Shown here: positions 29,083 through 46,063 of the stretch, piece after piece | Position numbering within the stretch: position 1 is the first letter of the stretch | Layout: each line of letters begins with the position of its first letter | Assembly (NCBI RefSeq): GCF_009914755.1 | Contig: NC_060929.1 | Length of the DNA stretch: 64,000 nucleotides | Strand: one strand, 5' to 3' | Source of the DNA: the human T2T-CHM13v2.0 reference genome, Homo sapiens | Notes under the pieces: generated by a model | What the model saw: the letters and a program-made list of their open reading frames with translations, nothing else | What the model was told of the DNA's origin: nothing | The model's database searches: none | Translations under genes and position numbers: made by a program

Positions 29083-29115
29083 TGCAGGGGAGCCCGCAGC
29101 CAGAAGAGGGCGCTC
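29083..29115 (+). promoter_or_regulatory. Candidate CTCF site with upstream motif
   Basis: Core CCAGAAGAGGGCGC 29100-29113, TGCAG at 29083-29087, locally retained CpGs. Confidence 0.7.
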
Positions 29116-30063
29116 CGAGCTCAGTGTGCTGGCCGCGCTGGTGAGATCAGAGGACCCTTGCAAAGAGACTGTTTACACTTCAGCTTTGTTTTTCCTGAGT
29201 GTTTTTGCGTTCTCTGCAAGAGTGAGGGAGGGTTTTCCTCACTCTGTGCCAAAGAATGATCTGAAAATATAATTAAACTGATGACTTCACATATTAAATA
29301 CCAAGTCCTAGGAATATAATTGTTTTTAAAATTTCTAATGGACTTAAGTCTTTGATCTCCCTGAAATCTGTGAACAAATTTCCCACATCATAACTCTTTT
29401 AACACATCTAAATGTGCCCTCAGGAACCAGTATCTTCTTCCAATATTGACTCTAGCCATAGAAAATGGATGGTTAAACCGAGAAGAGCAGACTGTTACCT
29501 CTCTGAGAGTTATTTCTACCTGGTCCATCTTATCAGGTTAATAAGTGTTACTATGTATAAATATAGTAACCCACAATATCTTGATTAAAAAAAAAGCTGT
29601 TATTCAGTTGGGATACTTTAAAGCCTTGTTTTCCATTTACATGCCTCCTTGGAAATCTATCTTCTTCCCCACATTTTTCATTCCCAGTCCATAAGGGAAG
29701 AGCAGACCAATCCAAGAAGCCCTTCAAGGAAAACAGCATACTTATGTGTAGACCCCGTGACTGACAACTCCAGCATTAAGAATTTGTCCTATAGAAGGAC
29801 TCACACAAGTGCCCAAACATCAATGCATGAAATTCACTGCAGTGCTGTTTGTAATAGTGAAAATTTGGAAACAATGTTGCTTCAGAATGGAGTGATAAAA
29901 TAAGTTATGGGTCTAAGCAAATAGCAGGCAGCCATAAGAAAAAGAGCACTAGACACACATGTACACATATGAGTGGGGAAAAGGAAGCCTCAGGACAATA
30001 TATCCAGAATTATCCCATGGCTTAATTTAAAAATCATATATCTATGTGTAGACACATAGATAG

Positions 30064-30479
<416 letters not shown>

Positions 30480-30499
30480 TAAAGGAAAAAACAACAACT

Positions 30500-31740
30500 T
30501 TTCAAGAGGGCAAGGATGCTGTCCACTGAATCTTTCCCTTCAGCCCCCAAACTTGCTAAGTTCTCTCTCCCTGGAGAATCTTGCCCATCCACCTGCTCCC
30601 GCCCCGTTCTCTGCTTCTCTGCACAGCCCAGCTTTCTGAAGGATGTCAGCACCCCCCCAACACCTCTCAGGCATCCCCAGCCCTCTGCAGTACCCCATCT
30701 AGCCCACCCCTCCACCAAAACAACCTTGGAAAAGCTTGTCCATGGTCTCCTCCCACACCTGATTGCGGTGGCCTGAGGCCGTGTGGTCAGCTGTGAATGT
30801 TGTTCTTTTTTGACTTGACTTTTACTGATTCAGAGATTCCTGCTATCTGGGTTCCCTTTAACCCCCAGGAGACCTGGTCCACCACACTCGCCATGCTGCT
30901 GGCTGCTGGCTGCGGCTGCGGCCGAGTGTCTGCCCAAGACTGGGTCTCTACCACATTCTCTGCTGGACTCTCAGCCCAGTGGGCAGCGGAACTTTCCAAC
31001 CCACTCTGGACAATTCTTGCCCCTCTGGTTTCAATAATAACGCTGGTGTCTGGGTCTTCTTTCTCCTTCTCTTGCTTAGTATCTTGCCCTGGCTTCTCTG
31101 CCTTTCACCACCTTTTGGAGTGTGGTGTCCTCAGGGGCCTGTCCTAGGTGGTTCTGTCTTAAATGCATATATGCTCTCTGGGAGTGCTGGTCTGCCTCAC
31201 ATTCTACCCAGGACTCCCAAATCCTGCCCTGTGCCTCCACCCTGGTCTTTGCATTCAAAGCTCCCATCACCTCCAAGAAATCTTCCAGGACATTCTGCAG
31301 ATAACAGCCCACGGTGGACGTCTTGCATTCTCCTTCTTCCATTGCCTTTGCTTAATTAATGACAGTGCAGTGGTTACAAAATAGCCCAAGCCACTTAATA
31401 TGCCCTAGTCATATTCCCTTTCCCTCACTCCCACAGGCATCTCCAAATGATTCTACCTAAATATTTCTTAAATATTCCTTCCATCAGTGTCTCAGGTCAG
31501 GCCAGCAAATTCTCAAGCCTTATCCATGGCAATTGCTTCTAGTTTTTCTCTCTGTAGCTTATTCCCCTTACCTCATTCACAACATGGCCATCCTTGGCTT
31601 CCCATTCACAGATCTGTTCATGCCTTGCCCCTGATCACATTTCCTGTTATTTCTCACTGCCTAAAGGCCAAAGGCCAAACTTCTTAGCATGGCATTCAAG
31701 GCTCTTGACTATCTGGTTGCAACTTTTTTTCATTCAATCA
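30500..31740 (+). mobile_element. Degenerate L2 including reverse-transcriptase remnant
   Basis: Near 31120-31170 translation PQGPVLG...AY echoes the RT motif GVPQGSVLGP; L2-like 3' text follows. Confidence 0.6.
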
Positions 31741-32422
31741 ACAAACTAAGCACCCAGGATGTGTCATGCCTTGGAGATACCTTTGTGAATAAGAGAGTGT
31801 GGCTCATGCCCTTATGGGACCACATTGTAGTGGGGCTTCACAGGCAGCAGACACACACACGCACACACTCACGAGTTAAAGGACAAAGAAAGAAAAATTG
31901 TCAGTTGTGTTTTGGAGGATATTTCCTTCGGTATCAAGGAACTGAGGTAGAAAAATAGAGTAAGACCGACTAGCAAGACTCCTTGAAGAGGTGACATTTA
32001 AGTTGAGATTTGAAGGAAGAGAAAGTATAGGCTGCGGAGAGTTGCCGTCCTGGTACCTGTGTGCATGGTGCTCTGGGGATGCTTCTGCCGTGATCATGAA
32101 CTCTTCCAGGGGAGGAACTGCCAGGTCACTTGAGTCCCCAGTGCCTGGCATGTGGTAGGCTCAGTAATTGTGAGAAGAAAACCTGGATGGATAGGCAAGC
32201 GGAAGCATGCACTCTGAGATGAGCTGGGTATAATGTCTTTGGAGAACAATTACATAACCAACAATGCTGAAGCCTTGCATTTGCTGGTGTTGGCGTGTGT
32301 TGGGGGAAGAATGTCTGAAATGAGCTCTCATTCAGGTTCTTTATCACTTTGGTTCCATGGTCGCCATCCTTGTTATAGTGAAACAGGCATGTATTTTTTT
32401 TTTTACAAATAAAAGATAATAA

Positions 32423-32797
<375 letters not shown>

Positions 32798-34477
32798 TGA
32801 TGAAAGGCAGTGTCAGCGGTGGTTAAGTGCCCAGCACAGGCAGTTACATCACTGAATTCAAATGCTGCCTGACAGCAGATCCCAGGAAACCACTCAGGCT
32901 TCATAGCTTTATCTATAAAATGTGAATAACAAAATCTTTCAGAGAGTTGCTGGCGGGAGGATTCAGTGACACATGTGAAGAGTTAGCCCAGAGCCTGGAA
33001 CACAGCTGAGGGGTGCCATTGTTGTGGGAGTGATGTTTCTCAGCCTGGCCCATCCAAATGTCTCCAAATGCTTCTGAGAGAGTCACGGCCAAAGATGACA
33101 GGGAACATGCCCTTTGGTCTGTTTCTCTAGTCGAAGGGGAGAAATTCTCTTGCTCAGATCAGAAGCTCTTTGACTCCAGAGCAGGCCTCTGAAAGTGGCC
33201 ACTGCCACAGCAACACTAATGGGACTGCATCTCTGGTCTTGCAGGCCCTGCGTCAGGCGATTTCACTGCTGAGCTGACCGGTCCATAAACAGGCCATGGG
33301 CAGTGTCACACGTTTTCTCACACAACATGACTGTGGTTTCTCTTAATTTGTCTCTTCTCTGGGCTTCTTCCCGAGGCCTCAACTGTGCGGCAGCTGAAAA
33401 CCATCTTCACGCTCATCCGGGGTGAGAATTAAACAGTCCTGTTAGTAAAGCTCTGTCCTTCAGCTCCTCTGTCTTTAGCCGCCCTCCCTGCGGCATGGTT
33501 TTAGGAGGAGTGGGAGCCACTCAGCCTCTGACTGGAAGGGAAGAGTTGGCCCCCGGCACAGGGTCTCCAGCATGGAGCCTTCAGCCTGCCCTGTGGCTGC
33601 CCACCCTTTGGCCTTCATGACTCAAGTTGGGGCCGCTGGTCTCTCTTGGCTGGGTCAGGGCCCAGGGCGGCTCCTTGGCTGGCCAGCTCTTGTTGGCTGT
33701 GGGTTTCTCCTTCCCTGCCCAGGAGGTCTGCCCCCGCTCTGCTGCAGGGTCACCCCACAATGGCCTCTGGCTCTCGTCTCAGCATCTATATCACGCAGGA
33801 GCAGCAGAAATCTGGAGTGTAACGCACACCCACTCGCCTTCTGATCACACCCATTCAGCCTCTCAAACTCTGCAGGCCTCCCCATGCTGCAGGGCTGCCC
33901 TGCCTTCCGTGTTCTCCTCAGCTCATCAGCAAGTTTTTAATGCCAAAGACACACACTCCATATCTTCTTTTCTAACCCCATACCCCATAGCCCAGTGACA
34001 GACAGGCATCCCCTACCATGGTAAAAGAAATCCCACAGTCTATCTGCCAGGCCTAGCCCCTGCTATGTTACAATGGAGTGAAAGCCATTTTGCAAATCTT
34101 TCCACAAATCTTGGTGGTTGAGCCAGCTGTCTTCTTTATTCTGTGTTCCTCCTTCCTTCTCTGGCTCCAGGCAACAGGACTCCTGGCCCAGGCTCTGAGA
34201 AGAGAGGCTCCAAATGGAACATGGTTTAAAGGCAGGATATGTGGTAAGAGGGGGAAAATGCATTGCTTCATATCTGCAAAATATTATCCATCATACACCA
34301 TTCCTCTTGCAGGCTTGCCATAGCTAATAGAAGCCTTGTCCTTCAAGGTACTTTTCTTTGCTCCACTCTTACATTCATTCAACAAATATTATTGAGCACC
34401 TGTGACATGCAGGCATTGTGCTGGACACCAGATCAATAGCTGCCTCACAAACATGATGCAGATGTTCTCATCTCCAC

Positions 34478-35530
34478 CTGAAAAGATGCTCAACCCCATT
34501 TGCCACCAGGGAAATGCAAATCAAAAGCGCAATATCACTTCACACCCACTAGGCTGGCTTTCATCAAAAAGGCACCCAATAACAAGTGTTGGTGAGGATA
34601 TGGGGAAATTGGAACCCTCATACACTGCTGGTGGGAATGTAAAATGGTGCAGCCACTTTGGAAAACAGTCCCTCAAGTAATTAAGCATAGCGTTACCATA
34701 TGACCCAACAATCCAGCACCTAAGTATGCAACTAAGAGAAATGAAAACATATTCATGCAAAAAAGAGTACATTAATTTTCATAGCAGAGTTACTCATAAA
34801 GCCAAAAATGGAAAGCAACAAATGATGAGTGGATAAGCAAAAGGTAGCATATCCATGCAAAACATTCAACCATAAAAAGGAATGCAGTACTGATACATGC
34901 TACAATGTGGATGAACCTTGAACACATTATATTAAGTTTAAAAAGCCAGTCACAAAAGACCACATATTGGCCGGGCGCGGTGGCTCACTATCCCAGCACT
35001 TTGGGAGGCCAAGGCGGGCAGATCACGAGGTCAGGAGATTGAGACCATCCTGGCTAACACGATGAAACCCCGTCTCTACTAAAAATACAAAAAATTAGCA
35101 GGGCATGGTGGCGGTTGCCTGTAGTCTCAGCTACTTGGGAGGCTGAGGCAGGAGAATGGCGTGAACCTAGGGGGTGGAGGTTGCAGTGAGCCGAGATTAC
35201 ACTGCACTCCAGCCTGGGCGACAGAGCAAGACTGCGTCTCAAAAAAAACAAAAAACAAAAAACACACAGACAAAAAAAAACCCACATATTGTACGATTCC
35301 ATTTACATGAAATGTCTGGAATAAGCAAATATCTAGAGACAGAACGTAGATTAGTGGTGTGCCCGGGGCTGAGGGAGGGGGAAGCGGGGAATGACTGCTG
35401 ATTCATATGTGTCCTGAGATTAGATAGTGGCAGTAGTTGCATGACACTGTGAATATACGAAAAGCCATTGAACTATACACTTTGAACGGACGAACTGTAT
35501 AATTGTGAATTATATCTCAAGCCGTTAAAA
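34478..35530 (+). mobile_element. L1MB-type 3' end interrupted by Alu (34969-35280, +)
   Basis: cagggaaatgcaaatcaaaa...gtaaaatggtgcagccactttggaaaacag; resumes after the Alu; TSD ccacatatt. Confidence 0.88.
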
Positions 35531-36073
35531 ATGTTCTCACCTCGTTCACTAATAGTGTCTCTTTTTTCCCAATTTCTTAGCTCTCTTGGAGCAAATGTGA
35601 ATTCAACTTTCTGTAATTTTGAGACTTTCTCCAACATGCTTATTAGAGTTCAATATTAGGTGGACACCAATTCAATGATTTTTGAATGGTCATTTTCCAT
35701 TAGAAGATAAACTTCAAGAGGGGAAGGATTTTTGTTGATGTTGTCACTATTATACCCACCATGCTTAACACAAGGCTTGACACACAGTCGGGTCTCAATA
35801 AATATTTGTTGAATGAATGGATACCTACATGAGCTTACTTTGTAAATGGACACAAAAGCCCAGTGATGACTGCTGGTCATTCATTCATTCATTCAGCACA
35901 TATTTTCTGCAGCCTCCTCTGTGTATGGAGTGCGTGAATGAAACAGACATCTCTTTGCCCTGGGGGAACTTAGAACAAAGGAAACCTGTAGGTAGCACTT
36001 TTCATACTTTGATTAAATACTGAAAATAAATAAATCTAACATCCAGTAAAGGTTTAGAGTATTAAAATTGTAA

Positions 36074-36363
36074 TTTTTTTTTTGAGACAGCATCTCACTC
36101 CCTCACCAGGCTGGAGTGCAGTGGCACAATCTCAGCTCATTATAGCCTCGACCTCCTGCACTCAAGCAACCCTCCCACCTCAGCCTCCCAAGCAGCTGGA
36201 AGCACAGGCACGTGCCACTAGGCCCAGATACATTTTTTTGTAGTTGTAGAGATGGGGTCTTGCCGTGTTGCCCAGGCTGGTCTGGAACTCCTGGGCTTAA
36301 ACAATCCACCTGCCTCAGTCTCCCAAAGTGCTGGGATTACAGGCGTGCACAACTGTGCCTGGC
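36074..36363 (-). mobile_element. AluJ
   Basis: Diverged J-type Alu. Confidence 0.87.
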
Positions 36364-38317
36364 ATACAAAATGTTTTAAAGTTCTTCTCAGCAGGGCTTT
36401 GAAAGAAAGTTAGGCTGAGTTGAGACAGCCATACAAAGAAAAAGATTCCGAAGGACAGAGGATAGGTGAGAAGCAGGTTAATCAGGAAAGAAAAAAAAAA
36501 AAAAGAAAAAAGATAATGAGCTTTTCCAGCAGAACGATTTTACCAGTTAGGAAGGCTTTTCAAGTTGTGATATTAATTTCTTGTTGAAGTAGGAAGTAAA
36601 ATCAGAAAAGGAGAAAGTGCCAAGTCCTAGCCCTCATCTCCAGTGACAGGGAAGTCTTTGAGAAGATGGGAAAGTATGACTCAGTGGCTTGGAGGAGAGA
36701 GAACAAGGGTGTTTTAAAGAGATGGGGAAGATCTAATTTAAGTACAACTGCCTTCTTCACTATGGAAACTTATTGGAAAGATAGCCAAGAGGTCGAGACA
36801 GAAGGCAAGAAGATACTCCGTGATGACCCGAGTTGAGAAACCAAGAGAAGCCAGCTTATACGTACACAGCCCACAGCGGAGGAGGGAGGTCTTGGGGTCA
36901 AAAATCAAAGCAAGGAAACTTGTCCAGTTGACTTTTTTTTCCACACAGACAACCTCTTCGTTCCACCTCTCTCGCCCCAGATTTCCATCTTAACATGCAG
37001 GAATTCTAGAAAACCATTAGCGATTTGATGTGAACAGAGCTAGGAAGTGGTTAAGACATGAATAAGGCTTTCGAAGAGGCAGGGTGAGGCTGAAGAGTTA
37101 AGACACTTGGAGAGATGAGAGAAGGCAAGGAAGATGTGGGAAGAATAAAGTTCAGCGTCAGGGATGATGCTTCCAAATCTGGCGCAAATCACAAGTGGAG
37201 CTCGGGAAAAGAAAGAGATGGGCCCAAGAAAGAGCCTATACCATGGAGGCTTATGAACTAGGAAATCAATGGCCAGAGCTGCTGCTAGGGTCCTGCTGAA
37301 GGGGTCACCTGGCCTCACAACCAGCACCCCTAAAGTCCAGGGGGAGTGAGCAGTTCCAAGTGAGCCCAAGCACAGATGAGCCCCAGGGGGAGGAAGGAGG
37401 CAAAGTGTTCTTTTTTCCTGCAGTTAGATGCTCCATTGTGTTTTCTGTTTGCCAAGCTGGCTGCCCACCTGAAGGAACAAATAACAAAGGCGCCCCCCAC
37501 CTCCCAGGCAGCGTGCACTGATGGGTCAGGCAAGGCAGGGATTTGGGCCCAGGAAGTTGCCAAGGACAGATCTAGGCTCTGCGGCTCCCTAGCGCCGTGT
37601 CACTGGCTATGGGCACGGACGCCACTGCTCTAAGCCCTGTATTCTCTGCAAATGTAGTGGTGATACAAAAGGGCTGTCTTTGGGACGAATTAGATCGTGG
37701 AGGCAACGCTCCTAGCATGGTATGGCGCTTGTAATATTTTATCAAGCCTCAGATGCACATATTTTCAGTATTTGAACGTCTCTAAAATCAGGCCGTGCAA
37801 CATTCTTTTTCTTCATGGTACATGAAGTGACGGTCTAACTTCCAATTTACTGTATCTTAGATCTGATAAAATATGGAAGTAGCCATCCAGTAAGTGGCAG
37901 TGGGGTGTTTTGTGATTGCTCTGCTTGTGTTTCATTCATGACACCGTCGATGTCCAGGGATTTCCTCTTCTAAGCTGGTTGAGTCTTTTTCCTGGTGGAT
38001 GGGAGCCTGGGCTCTGGAGTCAGCCCAGCTGAGGACAAGTCTTGACTCCGCTGCTAACAGCAGTAAGATGTGGGCGAGGTGACGTCACCTCTCTGAACCT
38101 CAGTTTCCTCTTTTCTATAATGGAGATTACAGTATTACCTAAACTCATAGGGTTATTTTGAGGATAAAATGAGGTAAAGTTACGTAAGGTGCTTAACACA
38201 GTGCTGCATTGTATAAATGTTAATGAGGATGATAAAAACAAATTATTAAACAGTAACATTGAAAAACAGTAACATTGCCTTATGTAACAGTATTACATTT
38301 TATAAAAAGTGTTATTT

Positions 38318-38430
38318 GTGCTGCAATCTCAGCTGCTCTGAAGGCTGAAGTGGAGGATTGCTTGAGCCCAGGAGTTTGAGATCAGCCTGGGCAACATAGC
38401 AAGACTTCATCTCAAAAAATAAAAAACAAA
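38318..38430 (+). mobile_element. Alu monomer fragment (FLAM/FRAM-like)
   Basis: gaggattgcttgagcccaggagtttgag...agcctgggcaacatagc. Confidence 0.75.
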
Positions 38431-39514
38431 ACTCACAAACTTTACTTTAGAAAAATATTCCTGAGATACCTTGGGAACCTCAAGACAACACAAGTGCTCT
38501 ATCTCACCTCACACCCCTCACCCCTGCCCCTCGTCCACCCCCTTGCCCTTCCATCCTCCGTTCTGGGTGGGGCTTTCCATCTCCCCCTGTCCCACTCCCC
38601 TCCTCAGGACTTTGGCCCCTTCTGGAAACATTACTTTAGAGCTGTTTACCTTGGAAAAAGTACTGGCTCACTCCTCCTTGGAAAAGGTCGCCACAGGTTC
38701 TGGCTGGGATTTTCTCAAGCAATGAATGACCCAGGACCTCCCCCCAACAAGGCTTCTCTGTCTCTTCATCTTCCTGTCTCCTCTCCCACCCTGGCTCACT
38801 GCATCCAGCTAGCTGCCTCTGTCCTCCCGGAATTCCCTCAACACTCAGTGACCTCAATATGTTCTCCTCAAAGCCTCTCATCTCTACCCATTGAGTCCTG
38901 TCTACCAATAAAGCTTCATGCTTTTAACGTTAATAGCTCACACACTTAGAGCCTCCCCATATCTTCAGAAACCCATGGTCCTTCCCACTGAAGGTTCTAC
39001 AGTGATCCTAAGAGGATCACAGGTACGTAGCTCTCCTCTTCAAGCACAACCAATAAGCTTTTCCTTTGGGGAGGCTGGAGAGGCCCACAGGTAGTCAAGC
39101 GTTGCCTGTTCTTTTCTCGATCCCCAGTCTTTCTCATCATCTCATGAGCACTCAAGATGGAGCTAATGACTTCCCCCTAGGTTGGCTCTCTGGCAAACCC
39201 TTCTTTTTTCAAGGTGAGACCCCCTGCTCCTACAGCCTGCCTTTGATAACTGGCCTGCTCCACCACCCAGGGTCAGGAAAACCCAGACTTTTGCCTGCCA
39301 CTTTGACTGCCAGTGGAATTGCATCATAACACAAGCTACTCTAGTATGGCAACTGCTGAAAGTCTCAGACTTGAATGAAACTTAACCAGTGCTCAACCTT
39401 AAGGTCTTGTTATATTGGGGTTGAATCTGTATCAGCATCATGGGCCCTGCGAAATAGGACTTTTCACTGGTTTCATAACACAACAGGATGACTCTAATGG
39501 TCTAAGGAGCATGT

Positions 39515-39517
<3 letters not shown>

Positions 39518-39560
<43 letters not shown>
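39518..39560. repeat. (CA)n microsatellite, ~21 units
   Basis: Directly visible. Confidence 0.95.
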
Positions 39561-39565
<5 letters not shown>

Positions 39566-39895
39566 AGCTTCTCAAAACTTGTTTCTGCTCCTTTAAATTT
39601 CTTAAAGACATGATACAATGTACTGGATAGGATGGGGTGTAAGATTTCATGAAATCCAGCAGCAGTGTGGTGTCGTTGAGTCAGAGTCTAGAAAGCACAG
39701 TGTGTTAGACAAGAATCCCAACATTTACTTATTCATCAGTCTGTCCATTCACCAGTCTGTGTATCCTCTGACATGTTCCCCACAAAAAAAACCGTAGCAT
39801 TTCAGCCAGGATATGGAGGACAAAGTGGCATATAAAGATGTCTACATTATAACAAGAGAAGCCAAACTCAAGCCAAGTAAAGAAATGGAGCAAGA

Positions 39896-41031
<1,136 letters not shown>

Positions 41032-44000
41032 CTACTTCCAGCCTCATCCACATGCTGTCTTGTTCATGCCCTGGAAAGGAATGGAGGAAGCGCCCTGGCT
41101 AGCCTGACGGTGACTGTCTTCCCTTTCTCAACCTTCCCATCCTGACTGTCCCCTCTGGCCTCGCTCCCACTGACTTGGGATGCCACAGCGGTCTTGCAGT
41201 CCAAGAGCCTTCCTGCCCGCCAGCCCACCCCTGCTCACAAAGGCAGACCTGTCTGGAGCTGAGCAGGCAGGCCCCTGGGGGAGGGCCTGGGCTCCACGCC
41301 ACTCCCTTTCTTTAAGAAAAGGGACAGGTTCAGTCCAGTGAGGGAGGGAGAAGGAATTTCCCTTGTTAAATGTCTCCTCCCAGGCTCAGGCAGAGGCCAT
41401 GGTAGCTGGGTGCAAGGAAAGTTCTTTGCTTCAGGCACCTGGTCCAACAGGGCTGTGTGACTTGGCACATCACCATCCAAATTAAATCAGACTCAATCAA
41501 TTTGCATTCAACATACTGTCATCTAATCCTTTGCACAGTCAAAAACGTTTAGTTTCCCTTTGAAAACTGTGACTTCCATTTCCTAGGTAAAAGGTGTAGG
41601 AGAAAATGTGGTCGCTAAAGCTCCCGCATTCGTGATGTTTATGTGACCGTGACTTGTCACATGACCTTGGGGAGGCTGCTCTTGTCTTCACTGTCCCATC
41701 CTCTTGACACCCCTCCCTGCCCCGGCCCCAGTAAGGACTTATATACAAGGAACTCACCCAGACACAGTTAGGTAATAAAGGTGAAGTCATGGTCAAGGGC
41801 ATGGGTTTTGAAGTGAAGCTTCCTGAACTTAAGTCCAGAAAGTCAATTCATCTCTCTGAGCTTCCTTTATAAAAGGAGGCCAGTGATATACCTACCTCAC
41901 GTGTTTGTCAAAAGGTTGCAACAAGATAGTGCAAGGGAAGCACCTAGCACATTGCCTCATATAAATAAAATATGCATTCTAACATCTCATAATTTTAGCT
42001 ATTATTTTTGTTGTGATTATTCAGGATGAATGAGATAAGCTTCCTGTCCTTGAAAGAAGGTGAGAAGCTAAGTCATAAATACCATGACAAGCTATGATAA
42101 GTGCTGTGAAGGTTGTGCCAAGGGCTGGGGGGATGGATGGAGGGCTGAAGAGGAAGGGGTCAGGAGGACTTTCTGGAAGATGTGGCATCTCAGCAGGAAG
42201 GACAAACAGGTTTTACATATGTGGGCATGGAATAAAGGAATCACTTGAACAGAGGCCCAGGGGTGGGCAAGTAGAGGGCATCTTCGCCCAGCATGCATGG
42301 CTGATGCCGCTGAGCGGGGGGTTTTCAGGGACACACAGGGTTAGTGCAAGCTAGCTTGGAGTCAGATCATAGAGGACCTTGAATGATGCTGTTCCAAAGC
42401 ATTTAGACTTTTTTCTGCAAGCAAATGAAAGTGGAGCCAGTGGAGACTTTGGAGAAGGGAATTTGGAAATTCTTCTGGAAAATTGTTGGTTACTGGTAGG
42501 GGGCTGGGCAGAGCAGAGGCCACGGGGCACAGTATCCTCTATTTCCATCTCTGAAAAGCTCATCAGCCCTCAAGTCTTCTTGACTAGACTACAAGCCAGT
42601 CGAGGACAGAAGCATGAGCTTCCTTCTCACGATTATGTCCCCAGCACAGCCCCTGGGGCTCAATAAATGGCTGTTGAATTGAAATAGACAAAAGATCCTA
42701 AACTTGAGCCATGAGAGTGGAAGGGAGAGATGGCTCCAAAGACACTCCAGGAGAAGAATGAAGAGGATTCTGCAAAGGAGTAATCAGAGGTGACTCGGGC
42801 ATAGAGGGACCGGAAGGATGAATGGAGAGGCTATTTACTGAGAGAATGGACGCAGCCAGGAGCAGCCCATCTGGCAGGACGACTGCTGCACTCGCTGTGG
42901 GGCGTGTCGCGGCTGAGGTGAACAGAGTCATCCATCTGCTGACTGGCAGGCAGTGGACGCGAGCTCTGGAGAGAACCCAGAATATGAGGCAGGCACAGGA
43001 GAAGCAGAGCAGAGGGGAAAGATGAGATCTGCAAGGAAGAACAGCCTGGAGCCTGAAGAGCGAAGCAGACAGCGGCAGCCACCCTGGGGGTCACTCCACA
43101 CTCTGAGATCCCCAGTGCAGCCGGTTACCACAGAGGAGCAACCCCAGGATCCTGGGGAGAAGAGGCACAGTCAGGAGGAGAGCCAAGAAGTACAGGATCA
43201 CAGCCTTCAAGGGAGAAGTCAGCTGGTCTGCACTGCCCGAAGCTACAAAGAGGTTAACCAGAGTGGAAAGTGGGTGCCGGAGCCTCGGGATTGATCTCCT
43301 GCCCCACAGCTTTGCTGTTCCCGTCACTTCTGCACACTGGCACTGAGGTCATGCTTCTCAAGAAAGATCTGCATGTGCCAACCATTGGCTCAGAAACCTT
43401 CCCTTGTTTCCTACTTCCCAGCTAGGAAGGCCAAAGTCCTTGGCCAAGTGACCTCAAATCTGGTGTGAAAAGCCTCACCTTCCACTACGTCCTTCCACAT
43501 CCCAGCAATCTGAGCTGCTCCCTCTCCCCTGTTGCACACCAAGAACTTCCATGCCTTCCTATGTTGGTTCTTGCTGTTCCCTCAGCTAGGAAGGCCATTT
43601 TGCTCAATGTTCTGCTAATTAAAACTCTCCTCATCCTTCAAGGCCTATGTCAAATGCTACCTCCACTGCAAAGCCTTCCTTGGTCTCTCCAGTCAGTAGG
43701 GTCCTTCCTTCAAGGACCCACGGTGTGGTGCTTTGCCTAGTCATTACTTCATTCTTTCTACAATTGAGTTGTTGGCCCCCATCCACTCACACATGACAGC
43801 ATGAGAGCAGAGAACATGTTTTATCTTTGAATCTCCCATGGTATAGATTCTTACATGCAGAAGGCACTCAACCAACGCCAGCAAAGCATATGAAGAAATT
43901 AGGAAAAAAACCCCACAAAAACCTGACAGCAGTAGATGCTACCACTTCCAATCATTTATTTGGAAATTACGATGTGCCTCACAGTTATTTGGACTTCAGG

Positions 44001-45598
44001 GGTTTTGCCCTGCAATTAATGTCTCGGCCCGATGTTGGGTTGCCTTACAATCACATGTGTTATCTGTGATCTCTAGGGCCATTTCGGTTTTGAGAGCACA
44101 CTATTGCACATACACTAAGATGTTTCTGAGTATTTCCCATAGTTAGACAAAAATGGAAAAACTTGGCCCAGCCTTCAGAAGCGCTTTATCACATGTGCTG
44201 CCTATGACAGTGGTTTAGGGAAATCTCTACACAATTCCACCAGGATCATAAACACATTTCCTGAGCTATGAATTAAGAGGAAAAAGTTTCTCAACATGCA
44301 ACACAAACTCAAAAAGCAGCTGTTCATTTAACCATCTATCATCTTCTTTTGACCCTTTGAACAGGCTCTGACAGTATTTAGATTACATGAACATACTGTT
44401 TTATTCCTCAATAGCTTGCTGTTTGTAAGGAAAACATATATTCAAGAAATATATTCAACATGGTTCAGGAGAACCTTCTATGTATGTGTCAGTGGAGTGT
44501 CTGTGTTAACAAATGATGTCCAGTATATGAATCAGGTTAGTTCTTCTTTGGTCTGTGTTTTAGGGGTAAGACGTCTTCTGTATTGTTATATAAAACTGAG
44601 AGCAACTTAGGATTGATCTAAACAGTCCTGCTTTATTTCTTTTTCTTTTGCCTGCTTTGTTTTTGCTTTAAGACAGACAATCGTAAAACACAGCTGCTAC
44701 ATAGAAAGGAAGGCTACATTCCTCTTGCAGCTGTGAGCAACAGAATTATTCAAATGTTTTCTAATCCAATAAACCTGGTTCTTCGTAAGGAAGAGAAAAA
44801 GAGCTAATTGTCTTTAACACTTAAGACTTTAACACTCCCCTCCTTCAAAAAATTAGGGGAAAGGGAAATATGGTCAGAGGGTATTTTGAGTGATTTCTAA
44901 ATTCATTTTTCTTGGATCCTGCAGAGTAGGATGGGAGGGAGTTTTCGAAACCACTGGACTTGTGAAGAAACGCTTCTTCTAGCTTCATAACGATAGCAAT
45001 GAACACGTTCTGCACATTTGTTTCATTCCAGGCAGAGTGCTCGGGAGACCTTTACCTGTTTTACCTGATTACATCCTCTGAGGTATGTGCCATTTATACC
45101 TGGGGAAACTGAGGCTCAGAAAAATGACCTTGTCTGTGGTCACACAGCTGGTAAGGGGTAGGAATGGAATTTAAACCCAGTTGTCTAACTTCAGGGCCCA
45201 CATTTCAGCCACAACTGAGGTTTTTCCTAACCTAACCCCATTGTGGTGGAATTGCACAAAAAACATACTTGAGAGGTGAGTAATGTCATCATTCCATTAC
45301 ATACAAGTTAAAAGACTATGCAGTATGATACCTTTTTTGCTATGCACACACATATATGTGCATAAATAGATAGGTAGATAAAGAGACAGACACAGACATA
45401 AACAGGAAAAAACTGAAAAGGCATAAATCAATGTTACCAATATTTTAACAGTGATTACCACTGGATGATGAATAAATTTTAATCTTAAAATTCCTGAAAT
45501 TTTCTATTTCCTATAATGAGATCTATTACTTTAGCTATTCAAAAATAATGTTAGAGTAACATATACTCATTAACTGAACAATTTAATTAAACAAATAG

Positions 45599-46063
<465 letters not shown>

